Assembly (NCBI GenBank): GCA_963804165.1
Contig: CAWDPO010000018.1
Coordinates: 1 to 58,101 of the forward strand
Reading direction: 5' to 3'
Source of the DNA: an uncultured delta proteobacterium
GTDB taxonomy: Bacteria; Desulfobacterota; Binatia; UBA9968
Length of the DNA: 58,101 bases
A model generated the notes under the pieces. That model was not told the DNA's origin and searched no databases. It saw only the letters and a list, made by a program, of their open reading frames with translations. Of this stretch, positions 30,491 to 41,162 are shown one piece after another; within the stretch, counting starts at the first letter, position 1, and every line of letters starts with the position of its first letter. A program made the position numbers and the translations under genes.

Positions 30491-31471
30491 TCATGAGCCG
30501 TAGATTTCTGGGTTGAAGAGGTTGGGCGGCTGGCGCCCTTCGATCACGCTGATAACGTTTTCAACCACAATATCGGCGATCCGCGAACGCGTGTCCAATG
30601 CTGCGCTGCCGAGGTGAGGAGTTAACACCACGTTAGGCAAGTTGACGAGTCCAGGCTCGACCATCGGCTCATGCTCATAGACGTCAAGCGCTGCGCCCGC
30701 GATGCGCTTTTCTGCCAGCGCCCGCACCAGAGCCTTTTCGTCGACGATGGGACCGCGCGACGTGTTTATGAGATACGCAGAGGGACGCATGAGGCGCAGC
30801 TCTTGATCGCCGATGAGATGGATCGTCTCAGGGCTAAGCGCAGCATTTACCGACACGAAGTCCGACTCTGTCAGAAGTTGATCTAAGTTTCGGTATTCGA
30901 CTCCGAGCGCGGCTTCTCTCGTCTCGTCCAAGCGCCGACGCTTGGTGTAAAGGATCCGCATGCTGAATCCTCTGGCTCGTCGTGCCACGGCTTCGCCAAT
31001 GGCACCGAGCCCGATGATTCCCAAAGTTTTGCGGTTGACTTCGCCTCCGACAAAATGGATCGACTGGCTGCCGGGAAAAATCCCGGACCGGAGAGCGCGA
31101 TCTCCTTCCACGATCCTCCGCGCTACGGCCAAAAGAAGCGCCCAGTGGAGATCCGCGGTGGCTTCAGTAACGAAAGGCGGTATCGTGGTAACAGGAATGC
31201 GCCGTAATGTCGCCGCCGCTACGTCAACTCCAGCGGGCGCGATCGCCATCGAGGCGATCAGCTTGAGATCCGGGCTAGCGTTAATAATCTCCGCATCGAC
31301 ACGGTCATGCAGCAAGCACACAAGATAGTTGTTTCGCTTGAGCGCCGCTATCAATTCGGACTTCGTGACGATGTGAATTGAGTCAGGATTTAATTCGACT
31401 TCGGCGACCTCTCGGAGTCGAGACATCGCCTTCTCAGGAATCGGCTGTGTGGCAAAGACTTTTGCGGCCAT
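30491..31471 (-). CDS. D-2-hydroxyacid dehydrogenase (glyoxylate/hydroxypyruvate reductase-like)
   Basis: GIIGLGAIG, INTSRG, ALDVYEHEP, TPHLGS. Confidence 0.92.
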   Translation of the reverse strand: MAAKVFATQPIPEKAMSRLREVAEVELNPDSIHIVTKSELIAALKRNNYLVCLLHDRVDAEIINASPDLKLIASMAIAPAGVDVAAATLRRIPVTTIPPFVTEATADLHWALLLAVARRIVEGDRALRSGIFPGSQSIHFVGGEVNRKTLGIIGLGAIGEAVARRARGFSMRILYTKRRRLDETREAALGVEYRNLDQLLTESDFVSVNAALSPETIHLIGDQELRLMRPSAYLINTSRGPIVDEKALVRALAEKRIAGAALDVYEHEPMVEPGLVNLPNVVLTPHLGSAALDTRSRIADIVVENVISVIEGRQPPNLFNPEIYGS

Positions 31472-31643
31472 CGCGTGATGATCCGTGCGTCAGCAAGAAC
31501 GCTTATCCTTAGCTGCGGTGATCCTAACACGCACAGGACGGAACGAGAAGAGAAGAAGATTGACAATGATCGCTGAGATGACTTATCTGTCGGTATCTGC
31601 AACGAGATGTGAATCGCTTTACTCCTATAACTATGGAGGCTCT

Positions 31644-32894
31644 ATGGTAACCCGCAGCACCTCGAGTTTCGGCTTGGTCGGTACCGACTGGCAGCAGCGG
31701 ATCAACTGGGATCGGCTGAGGAAGTACCGCTTGGATCGTGCCCGAGAAGCGATGAAGAAAAATGGCTTGGGAGCGCTGCTCGCAATGTACGACGAAAACG
31801 TTCGTTACATCTCCAGCACCGTCACGCCGGGCTGGTGTCGGTTGAAACCCGGGTTACGTTACGCCCTGCTTTGCGAAGGTTCGGAGCCGATCCTTTTCGA
31901 ACAAGGAGACATCGGCATACAGATCAATCGCCACTGCCCGTGGATCCCGCGCGACAACGTGCGCTACGCCTACTCGTGGATCAAGGGAGCAGTAGGCGGC
32001 GCATCCCGGCAGCAAGTGAAAAAATTCACCGACGCGATCGTGGAAGAGCTGCGCAAGTATCATGTCGAGAAGGCCCCGGTGGGCGTCGACTTCATCGACC
32101 TCAACATGATCAACGCCTTCAAAGAGGCCGAAATAAATTACACCGACGGCGCGTCGCCCATGGTGGAAGCTCGCGCGATTAAAAACGAAGATGAGCTGGA
32201 AGCGATGCGCATCGTCGCCGCCATCTGCGATGGCTGCCATACAGCCATCTCAAATTTCATAAAACCGGGCATGCAGGAGCATCAGATCACTGCCTTCGCC
32301 ATGAACTTCCTGTACAACATTCCCGGGATCGAGGATGTCGAGGACATCATCGTCTCCTCGGGCCCCAACAGTTGGCCCAACTGGAGACACTTTTCAGATC
32401 GCATCATCCAGCCGGGGGACCTGGTGATCATCGACATGGCGGCGGTGACCTGGAACGGTTACAAGAGCTGCATGTATCGTACTTACTGTGTCGGCAAAAA
32501 ACCGACCCAGGAGCAAAAGGACTACTACAACATCGCTTACGAGTGGCTTTATCGAGCAATCGACAAAGTCACGCCGGGAGCGACGACTAAAGAGATCGCG
32601 GAGGTTTGGCCCTCGGCGATGGACACCTGGGGCTACAAGGAGGAAGATCAGGCCGCGGCGAATCTTTGGGGCCACGGACTCGGGCTCGCGCAATATGATA
32701 CTCCGGTCATCTCGCGGATCTATTCGCTCGACTTCCCCGTCGAGATTAAGCCGGGAATGAGCTTCGCGTTAGAAACACAGCACGGCAAGCCGCTTCAATG
32801 GGGCGTTAGGTTGGAAGAAATGATGGTCGTGACGGAAAAGGGTCCGGAAGTCACCACCCAGTTTCCCATAGAGGAAATTACCGTCATCGATTGA
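31644..32894 (+). CDS. M24 family (Xaa-Pro peptidase/creatinase-like) hydrolase
   Basis: GGAGG + ATG at 31644; RAIKNEDE, GHGLGL, ALET, GVRLEE. Confidence 0.88.
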   Translation: MVTRSTSSFGLVGTDWQQRINWDRLRKYRLDRAREAMKKNGLGALLAMYDENVRYISSTVTPGWCRLKPGLRYALLCEGSEPILFEQGDIGIQINRHCPWIPRDNVRYAYSWIKGAVGGASRQQVKKFTDAIVEELRKYHVEKAPVGVDFIDLNMINAFKEAEINYTDGASPMVEARAIKNEDELEAMRIVAAICDGCHTAISNFIKPGMQEHQITAFAMNFLYNIPGIEDVEDIIVSSGPNSWPNWRHFSDRIIQPGDLVIIDMAAVTWNGYKSCMYRTYCVGKKPTQEQKDYYNIAYEWLYRAIDKVTPGATTKEIAEVWPSAMDTWGYKEEDQAAANLWGHGLGLAQYDTPVISRIYSLDFPVEIKPGMSFALETQHGKPLQWGVRLEEMMVVTEKGPEVTTQFPIEEITVID

Positions 32895-32986
32895 ACTACA
32901 CCCGCGGAAAGTGACCACCACGAAGGACCTAGCGCGGCATAGCCACAACTAAAAATGGAAAAAGCGGGATTCACCGCAGAGGCACA

Positions 32987-34856
32987 GGACATGAGAAAAA
33001 ATACCCGGCGGCTCAGGGGCGTAGTATATATAGGAGCATACTGAAGTTCAGAGCAAGAGCCGGACTCTTATAATAGAAGTCAGACGTGAAGCGGAGCGGA
33101 CGAGGAGAAAAGAGAGTGGGGATTGAACAAGGGAGATTGGCGGGGTGTGAAGCGGCGGTTTTGAGTGAAGCTGAAGGGGAAGGCAGGCCGAAGTCTGAAG
33201 CCAGGTTTAGCAAGCCGCGCTACGAAGTGATCGACCGCGAGCAGCTGTGTTGGCGGCGGGTGGATGTAGAGCGGCTGATCGGGGAAGAGCATGCGGCGCG
33301 AGCGATCTGGGAATTTGTTGGGCGGCTGGATATGAGCGGGTACCGAGAAGAGGTTCGAGCGGTGGAGGGCAAAGCGGGACGGCCCGGGTGGGAGCCGCGG
33401 TTACTGATCAGCCTGTGGGTGTATGCGTACAGTCAAGGAGTCGGATCAGCGCGAGCGATCGAAGAGTTATGTGAATGGGAGCCGGCCTACCAGTGGCTGA
33501 CGGGATCAAGAGTGGTCAATGCCCATACGCTATCGGACTTTCGCGTCAAGCACGACAAGGCGCTCCAAGGATTGTTCGTCCAGATCCTGGGGCTGTTGAG
33601 TGCCGATGGACTGATCACGCTGGAACGGGTGATGCAGGACGGGACCAAGATTCGAGCGAAGGCGGCCCAGGATAGTTTTCGGAGAAAAGAGCGAGTCGAA
33701 CAAGCGCTCAAAGAAGCCAAGGAGCAAGTCGCCGCGCTCCAAGCGCAGAGCGAAGAGGAAACCAGCCGGCGCATGGCCACGGCACGCCAGCGAGCGGCCC
33801 GCGAACGCCAGGAGCGGTTGGAGCAGGTGCTTAAGGAATTTGAGCAACTGGAGAAAGAAGGCAAGGACAAAGAGCACAGACGAGTCAGCACGAGTGATCC
33901 TGAGGCGCGAGTGATGAAGCAACCTGACGGTGGCTTTGCGCCGAGCTACAACGTGCAGATCGACACCGATGCGAAGAACTGTGTGGTGGTGGCGGTGGGA
34001 GTGGTGCAAGCGGGCAATGACTTCGAGCAATTGGAGCCTGGGATTGACCGAGTGCAACGGAACCAAGGCGAGACCCCTAAAGAGGTGGTCACCGACGGAG
34101 GATTTGTCAGCCGAGATACGATCGTGGCGATGAAGCGGCAGGCCATAGAGTACATCGCCCCCTGTGTCGATGAGGCGGGCAAGGGACAGAGTTCCTATGA
34201 CAGCCGCGGCGTGAGCGCCGAGTATCAAAGTTCCCAGTTTATCTACGATGCCCAGAGCAATAGTGATCGCTGTCCGCAGGGAAAGATACTCTCGTACGAG
34301 GGCAAAGAAGAGCGCCACCTGCAGCTGAGCTAGCGGTATCGAGCGCAGAGATCGGACTGCGAGGGATGTCCGATGAAGAGCCAATGTTGTCCTGGGAATC
34401 GAGTGACGGGGCGATCGGTGCATCGCAGCGAAGAGTTGGCCGAAGTGGCTGAGTTTCGCCACAAGATGCAGAGCGAAAGAGCGCGCGAGATCTACAAAAC
34501 CAGAGCGCAGGTGGCCGAGACGCCCAATCTGTGGATCAAGGCGAAGTTTGGGCTACGCCAGTTCAGCGTGCGCGGGTTAGTCAAGGTGGGGATGGAGGCG
34601 TTGTGGGCTTGTCTAACTTATAACATCCGCATCTGGATTCGTCTGTGCTGGAGACAAGTGGCAACGGTACCCGCGTCCTGAAAAGGGAGAAGCAGCTCGT
34701 GTAGAGGGGAAAATCGCGAGTTGGGGCGGCTAATGAGCCCAACAGCGTGTCCGAATCGGCTCAACCACTGAGCACGGATGGTTTTTCTGCAACTGAGAAA
34801 ACCGCCGACATGCGAGAACGACTCACGTCGCCAAGTTTCGATTTTTTCTCACGACC
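32987..34856 (+). mobile_element. IS1182 family insertion sequence
   Basis: TIRs GGACATGAGAAAAAAT / ATTTTTTCTCACGACC; ACA repeated on both flanks. Confidence 0.85.
33086..34681 (+). pseudogene. IS1182 DDE transposase with premature in-frame TAG at 34331-34333
   Basis: GRPGWEP, SARAIE, DGTKIRA, SDPEARVMK, YNVQ, DGGF; continues in frame to C..CP.K..C and YKTRAQVAE. Confidence 0.88.
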
Positions 34857-34975
34857 ACAGAGCACGCAAGAGATTTTAGTTTTCAACTTTCCCCTCCGCG
34901 TCTCCGCGGTAAGTTTTTTTTCTTGATTCGGCAACTTTAATATCGGCGCGGGAATCCACAAGTGCGCCTAAACAA

Positions 34976-36034
34976 TTGTAGATTTTCGATTGCCGATTTT
35001 AGATTGAGCGATTCATGAGCAAAAAGGTTTTTTGTTTTGCGCTTAGCACCTGGCTCTTGGCGCTTAGCTTTCCCGTCGAGGCGCAGCAGCCGAAGAAAGT
35101 CCCCCGGATAGGATTTCTAGGTGCTTCCTCCGCTGCCGTTCTCGCGGCGCGCACCGAGGCATTCCGGCAGGGTCTGCGCGAGCTTGGGTACGTCGAGGGG
35201 AAAAACATTGTCATTGAGTGGCGATCTGCTGAGGGAAAACTCGATCGCCTCCCTGCGCTCGCGGCCGAGCTAGTGCGTCTCAAGGTGGACGTCATCGTCA
35301 CAACTGGTCCGGCACCGACCCGTCCCGCCAAGGAAGCAACTTCTATGATTCCCATTGTCATGGCGTTTGATAATGACCCGGTTGGAAACGGGTTCGTCGC
35401 CAGCCTCGCGCGACCGGGAGGAAACATTACTGGGTTGTCCACCCTTGCCCCGGAGATAAGCGGAAAACAACTGGAGCTTCTGAAGGAGGTCGTTCCTAGG
35501 CTCTCCCGCGTCGCCGTCCTAGGGTCTTCGACCACCCCGGGCAACGCACAATCGTTAAAAGAGACGGAACTCGCCGCTGGGTCGCTCGCGGTGCAGCTTC
35601 AATACCTAGACGTACGAGATCCCAAGGATATTGAGACTGCATTCCGAGCCGCAGGCAAGGGGCGTGCTGACTCCGTCATCGTGCTGACGAGCCCTGTCGT
35701 CAATCCTTATCGAACAGAGATTGCAGACCTCGCGGTAAAGAACCGGCTACCGGCGATATACTCGACCCCAGAATTTGTGGAAGACGGCGGGCTTATGACC
35801 TACGGCGTGAGCCTTACCGACTTGTACCGTCGCGCCGCCACGTATGTGGACAAGATCCTGAAAGGAGCCAAGCCCGCCGATCTGCCCGTGGAGCAGCCGA
35901 AGAAATTCGAGCTACTGATCAACTTGAAGGCCGCCAAGCAGATCGGTCTTACGATTCCGCCGAATTTCTTAGCTAAAGCAGATCGAGTAATCCGATGAAT
36001 GCCCAATCTAAAATCCGAAATCGAAAATCTAAAA
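34976..36034. repeat. 31-bp heptamer-built inverted repeat pair (34976-35006 / 36004-36034) enclosing the SBP gene
   Basis: TTGTAGATTTTCGATTGCCGATTTTAGATTG matches the reverse complement of CAATCTAAAATCCGAAATCGAAAATCTAAAA at 28/31. Confidence 0.7.
35015..35998 (+). CDS. ABC substrate-binding protein, PF04392 type (paralog 1)
   Basis: [48 protein letters not shown]. Confidence 0.92.
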   Translation: MSKKVFCFALSTWLLALSFPVEAQQPKKVPRIGFLGASSAAVLAARTEAFRQGLRELGYVEGKNIVIEWRSAEGKLDRLPALAAELVRLKVDVIVTTGPAPTRPAKEATSMIPIVMAFDNDPVGNGFVASLARPGGNITGLSTLAPEISGKQLELLKEVVPRLSRVAVLGSSTTPGNAQSLKETELAAGSLAVQLQYLDVRDPKDIETAFRAAGKGRADSVIVLTSPVVNPYRTEIADLAVKNRLPAIYSTPEFVEDGGLMTYGVSLTDLYRRAATYVDKILKGAKPADLPVEQPKKFELLINLKAAKQIGLTIPPNFLAKADRVIR

Positions 36035-37041
36035 TCGAAAGGCGCTCAAGCGCCTCGACCGTCGCAATCGACATTCACGCCCATTTTGTTCCTGAAGAAT
36101 ATCTCCGCCTCATTGAGGCGGAAGGAGAACCCTACGGCGTGCGACTCCGCCCAGGTCCGAATGGGCCGTTGATTGCCGTGGGCCAAGTCGCAATCGGTCC
36201 CATCACTCCTCACTACCACGATCTAAACCTGCGGCTCAAAGCAATGGACAGACTGGGCGTAACAGTTCATGCGCTTTCACTCATGCCGCCGATGGTTTAC
36301 TGGGCGGACGGCGCTCTCGGCGGCAGGCTCGCGTGTCTCGTCAACGACGCGATGGCCGAAGCTAGCCAGGCGCATCCGGGCCGCTTCGTATTTCTTGCCA
36401 CGCTCCCGATGCAAGATCCTGAAGCTGCAGTCAACGAAGTGAATCGCGCGGTGACGGAGCTTGGCTGCCGAGGGATATACTTGGGCACAAACGTTCGGGG
36501 AAAGGAACTGACTGATCCATCATTTGTTCCGGTCTTCGAGCGCATACACACACTAAACATTCCGATTTTTCTCCATCCGCTCAATGTCATCGGAGCCCAG
36601 CGTCTCACGAATTATTACCTGCAGAACCTTCTAGGAAATCCGTTCGACACTGCCGTCGCTGCTGCCAACATAATTTTTAGCGGACTCCTTGATCGATTTC
36701 CGAACCTTCAGGTGTGCCTCCCGCACGCCGGTGGAGCTCTTCCCTATCTCATCGGTCGTCTCAACCACGGTTGGAAAGTGCGGCAGGAGTGCAAGGCTTT
36801 GAAGAAGCCGCCCTCGAGCTATCTCAGACGCTTTACCTACGACACGATCAGCCACGCTCCAGAGTCACTTGATTACCTCGTCAAACTGGTTGGCGCTGAC
36901 CGTGTGATGATGGGAAGCGACTACTGCTTTGACATGGGCTACGACCGCCCGGTTAAAGTCGTCACCGCTCTCAAGCTGAGTCGTGCGGATCAAGAAAAAA
37001 TTCTTAGCGGGAACGCCGCGCGCTTGCTTCGGCTCGGCTAG
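35995..37041 (+). CDS. Amidohydrolase_2 family protein (ACMSD-like)
   Basis: DIHAH, TLPMQDP, IFLHP, PHAGG, MGSDYCFDMG; true start may lie slightly downstream. Confidence 0.88.
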   Translation: MNAQSKIRNRKSKIERRSSASTVAIDIHAHFVPEEYLRLIEAEGEPYGVRLRPGPNGPLIAVGQVAIGPITPHYHDLNLRLKAMDRLGVTVHALSLMPPMVYWADGALGGRLACLVNDAMAEASQAHPGRFVFLATLPMQDPEAAVNEVNRAVTELGCRGIYLGTNVRGKELTDPSFVPVFERIHTLNIPIFLHPLNVIGAQRLTNYYLQNLLGNPFDTAVAAANIIFSGLLDRFPNLQVCLPHAGGALPYLIGRLNHGWKVRQECKALKKPPSSYLRRFTYDTISHAPESLDYLVKLVGADRVMMGSDYCFDMGYDRPVKVVTALKLSRADQEKILSGNAARLLRLG

Positions 37042-37316
37042 GCGTCCCCTCGCCTCTTTGCGAGCAGCACATTCCCGAATTGTTCGGAGGAAACAAAACG
37101 CGGTCGACTAGAAATTTTGGCGATCACGGAAATTTTCCTCAACAACATAGAATTGAAGCGTCTTGGACTAAACCGCTTCGCGGTGGATGAGAGGGCGCTG
37201 TTATTGAAGCATTTTCGTAATCCAGCCGCAGTTCCTTTATCATCGATCTTTTCTTTGACTCGGTGCCTGAGCGCAGTGATAGCCTCGGTGAATCAAATTC
37301 ACTGAAGGAGGCAATC

Positions 37317-38153
37317 ATGGGAATTTTACGTGATCGAATGATCGAGGAGATGAAGCTACGGAACTTCTCTACGGCAACGCAGGAGTCCTACGTCTACGCG
37401 GTAAGCAGACTGGCTAGATATCACAACAAATCACCGGATCAGCTCGGCAAGGAAGACATCCGAGCTTTTCTTGTGCATCTCACGATAGAGCGGAAGTTAT
37501 CGCCGAATAGTCTGACTGGATACTGTTCGGGGTTGCGGTTTTTCTACAACGAAACCCTGGGGTGGGATGAGACCAAGCTGTTCATTGCACCGAGAAAGAA
37601 ATCTTCACTGTTGCTCGAAGTATTCAGTCCCGACGAAGTCGTGCGATTGATTGGTGCCACCCGCGGACTCCAGCAACGTGTGTTACTGATGACCGCCTAT
37701 TCGGCAGGACTCCGAGTCAGTGAGTTGGTAAACCTCAAGATCACAGACATCGATGCGCAGCGCATGACGCTGCGGGTGAAGCAAGGCAAGGGCGGGAAGG
37801 ACCGCTATGCGATCCTGTCTCAGAACCTGCTTGTGGAACTGCGTCAGTACTGGAAACGCTACCGGCCTTCTCTCTGGCTTTTCCCGAACCGGGCCAAGAA
37901 CGGTCCATTAAGCCGAGGGGAGGCCTGGCACATCTTTCGCTCGGCGAAGAAAAGAGCAGGGCTTAAAAAGGGCCGTGGCATTCACAGCCTTCGTGCCTGC
38001 TTCGCCACCCATCTTCTGGAGGCCGGTGTGGACTTGCGCTCGATCCAGTTTTTGATGGGGCACACCTCTCTTCTTTCCACCCAGCGTTATCTTAGGCTAC
38101 GGCCACAGAACGTGGACTTTGCCGTGAGTCCGCTCGACCGTCTCCAGTTATAG
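37317..38153 (+). CDS. Tyrosine recombinase / site-specific integrase (SAM-like N-terminus)
   Basis: AAGGAGG RBS; AGLRVSE, KGGKDR, HSLR..FATH, LMGH, TQRY catalytic set is complete. Confidence 0.92.
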   Translation: MGILRDRMIEEMKLRNFSTATQESYVYAVSRLARYHNKSPDQLGKEDIRAFLVHLTIERKLSPNSLTGYCSGLRFFYNETLGWDETKLFIAPRKKSSLLLEVFSPDEVVRLIGATRGLQQRVLLMTAYSAGLRVSELVNLKITDIDAQRMTLRVKQGKGGKDRYAILSQNLLVELRQYWKRYRPSLWLFPNRAKNGPLSRGEAWHIFRSAKKRAGLKKGRGIHSLRACFATHLLEAGVDLRSIQFLMGHTSLLSTQRYLRLRPQNVDFAVSPLDRLQL

Positions 38154-38166
38154 ATGGCCTAAAGCC

Positions 38167-39360
38167 ATGCTGCCGGCCAGTCAGCGGCTGGCAGCGGCAA
38201 GACGCGGCGTTGAACTGGCCGATATCTTTCGTGCCCATGGCGAGTCCTTTCGCCGCGCTCATCCGTTGCCGGTTTCGCATCTCAAGATCATGCAGGCCGT
38301 AGAACGCTGCCGCACAGCGGCCCTGGGAGGCCACCTCGAGGAGTGTGACTCCTGGGCTATGAGCGCCCCGCCTATAACTCCTGCCGCAATCGCCACTGCC
38401 CCAAATGCCAATCACTGGCCAAGGTAAAGTGGCTGGATAAACAAAAGTCCGAACTGTTGCCGGTGGGATACTTCCATCTGGTATTCACTTTGCCGCACGA
38501 ACTCAACGCTCTGATACTGACCAACAAAAAGATTCTGCTAAGTCATCTCTTTAAAACCGCGGGTGAAACGCTCGTTGATTTTGGCCGAACTCGTCTGGGC
38601 GGACAAATAGGTTTGATCACGGTGCTGCACACCTGGGAGCAAACTCTGTTAGATCATTTTCATCTCCACTGTCTGGTCCCTGCTGGAGCTCTGTCGTTCG
38701 ATCAAAAGCACTGGCGTCCTGCCCGTCAAAACTTTCTGTTCCCAGTTAAAGCCCTGAGCCTCGTTTTCCGTGGTAAGTTTCTCGACTTACTCAAAAAAGC
38801 TTTCGCTCGAAACAAGCTCCTCTTTGTCGGTCAAACCGCTTCCCTGGCTGATTCTGTAGCGTTCAACCTTCTGATCAACGCGTTACGAAAAAAAACCATG
38901 GATCGTCTATGCCAAAAAACCTTTCGGTTCTCCCGTCCATGTGCTGGACTACCTCGGCCGTTACATCCACCGCGTGGCGCTGTCCAATGATCGGATTGTT
39001 TCAGCCTACAACGGAGCCGTCACCTTTAGTTATCGGGACCGAAAAAATCACGACCGAAAAAAGACCATGACCCTCGATGCCCACGAATTCATCCGGCGCT
39101 TCTTGCTCCACGTGATCCCCAAGGGCTTTGTGCGGGTTCGTCACGCGGGCGTTTTGGCCAACCGATCCAAAGGCCTGCTGTCCAAGTGCCGTCAACTCCT
39201 AGACCTCAATCCCGCTGTGCCCAAGCTCGCGCAAAAATCAGTTCACGAGCTGATGCTTGAACTCACCGGCATCGATATTACTCGATGTCCTCTGTGCCAA
39301 AACGGAACGCTGGTCTTGTTTGTCGCGCCGCCCGTCCTCGCAGCATGGGATTCTTCGTGA
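38167..39360 (+). CDS. IS91-family (Y2 HUH) transposase, two frameshifts (~38355, ~38890)
   Basis: CRTAALGG, NSCRNRHCPKC zinc motif, HLVFTLP, HFHLHCLV, YLGRY, EFIRRFLLHV.PKGF. Confidence 0.88.
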
Positions 39361-39612
39361 TGATCGCTCAACGAACCAACACCCGAGTGCGTGCCCGGTT
39401 CTCTTCTAGAGCCAACGCATCGGTGCGCCTGGTTTCATCGTTTCTCTCTTCTTGGCTCGTTCTCACTTCGGAGGTGATAGCCAGTTGAGCTCACAAGTCA
39501 ACTTGAATGAGGCCTGCTTGTGACACGATCACAACCACAGCAATGTTTGGTCGGCGCGCTGCCTTCGTTCCAATCCCCATAGGCGACCGTCACTGCTTCA
39601 CCCAACGCTTTA

Positions 39613-39705
39613 ATCCAACGGGTTTTATCCTGAATGCGTCCACGTCCAACGGTACTCATCCAATCGCTCTGCCCTCGCATTCAGGTTAAAACCTATCCGT
39701 TCAGT
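39613..39705 (+). other. attC-like palindromic site
   Basis: ATCCAAC (RYYYAAC), arms GGTTTTATCCTGAATGCG / CGCATTCAGGTTAAAACC (17/18), then GTTCAGT. Confidence 0.6.
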
Positions 39706-39789
39706 TCAATCCTACGGGTCCGCGAGGACTTCTTATTTGACAAATCCGTTCGTTCGGCGGGATAAATAACGCTCGAATCGAGGTGCGGA

Positions 39790-40784
39790 ATGAAGAAAGC
39801 TGCGGGGCCGTCAATCCTGTGTGCGGTGATGCTGCTCGCCGTTGCGGTGATAGCCGACGCACAGCAGCCGAAGAAGGTCCCTCGGATAGGGCATCTGTCG
39901 CAGTTCGACGTAGCTGGTGAGTCCAGCCGTTCCGAGGCAATTCGGCTCGCTCTGCGCGACCTTGGCTACATAGATGGACAGAACATCGCCTTCGAGTACC
40001 GATATGCGGAAGGAAAGGCCGATCGCCTCCCAGAGCTTGCAGCCGAGCTGGTGCGTCTCAAGGTTGATATTATCGTAGCAGCAGGAGCGGACACGCTGGT
40101 CCGGGCGGCCAAGAATGCGACCAAGACGATTCCCATCGTTATGTCTGGCCAAGGGATCGATCCTATCGAGGCAGGGCTGGTTGAAAGCCTTGCCCGTCCC
40201 GGCGGCAACATCACCGGCCTTACAAACCTTACCGGAGAACTGGGCGGTAAGCGGCTGGAGCTGCTCAAAGAAGCCGTTCCCAAAGTTGCCCGAGTCGCGG
40301 CTCTCTACGATCGGGCCGCTCTGGGCAGTTTACGTCAGCTAAAAGAGGATCTCCCAGTTTCGGCGCGTGCGCTGGGGTTGACTATTCAGCTTTGGGAGGT
40401 ACGAGATGCGAACGGTTTCGAGAGTGTATTCGCCGCGCTGACTAAAGAGCGGCCGGATGGACTCTATGTGCTCGGGGGCACGCTACTGCGTGCTAACCAA
40501 AAACGGATTGTGGACTTTACGTTAAAGAGCCGGCTTCCGTCGATGTACTTCACCAAAGAATTCGTAGATGCCGGGGGGCTCATGTCCTACGGGGCGGACC
40601 GCGCGGACAGTTACCGGCGCGTTGCATATTACGTGGACAGAATTTTGAAGGGAGCCAAGCCCGCTGATTTACCGGGGAGCGGCCCACAAAGTTCGAGTTA
40701 GTGATAAATTTAAAGACGGCGAAGCAGATCGGCCTAACGATTCCTCAGAGAGTGCTCGGGCGGGCGGACAAGGTAATTCGATAG
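39790..40784 (+). CDS. ABC substrate-binding protein, PF04392 type (paralog 2, frameshift near 40675)
   Basis: Same motifs as paralog 1; tail [15 protein letters not shown]...ADKVIR* is in a shifted frame. Confidence 0.88.
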
Positions 40785-40829
40785 GCACAGGCGGTAGGCA
40801 ACACTTGGGAGAGAAAGACATGAGGCGGA

Positions 40830-41162
40830 TCAGGCATAATGTCCTTTGGCGTTCCCGTTTTTGGTTGTAAGTATTATTGCTTTGGCTTTCTGTGCCACCG
40901 TTTGAAAAGGGCCCATACCACCGCGCCCAATAGCGGCTTTACTCGAATACGCATATTCAGGATGATGATCGTCGATGAATCTTGATTCTTTCTCAGCGAG
41001 CCGTGTGACTTCGGTCAGGTGCTCGACATCCTTAAGTCTTTGTGCACACTGTAAAGCGACCAGGAGTACACAGTGGGCTATGTCGTACTCGCCGTCAGCA
41101 AACGTGTCGCGGTTCATTTCCAAGGAACTTTGATAAATCTCCCTAATCCGGTGCTCGTTCAT
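40830..41162 (-). CDS. Hypothetical helical protein
   Basis: AGGAG RBS, 110-aa ORF. Confidence 0.6.
   Translation of the reverse strand: MNEHRIREIYQSSLEMNRDTFADGEYDIAHCVLLVALQCAQRLKDVEHLTEVTRLAEKESRFIDDHHPEYAYSSKAAIGRGGMGPFQTVAQKAKAIILTTKNGNAKGHYA

Larger units (their letters stand above)
37163..39699 (+). mobile_element. Two-gene element: tyrosine recombinase + IS91-like transposase, with attC-like right end
   Basis: Left TTGGACTAAACCGCT (37163-37177) is 12/15 complementary to AACGCTTTAATCCAA (39604-39618); hairpin at 39613-39705. Confidence 0.7.

Noticed and set aside
34331-34333. In-frame TAG in the IS1182 transposase as pyrrolysine or programmed read-through
   Set aside because: A single substitution from a Tyr codon is simpler; there is no supporting context.
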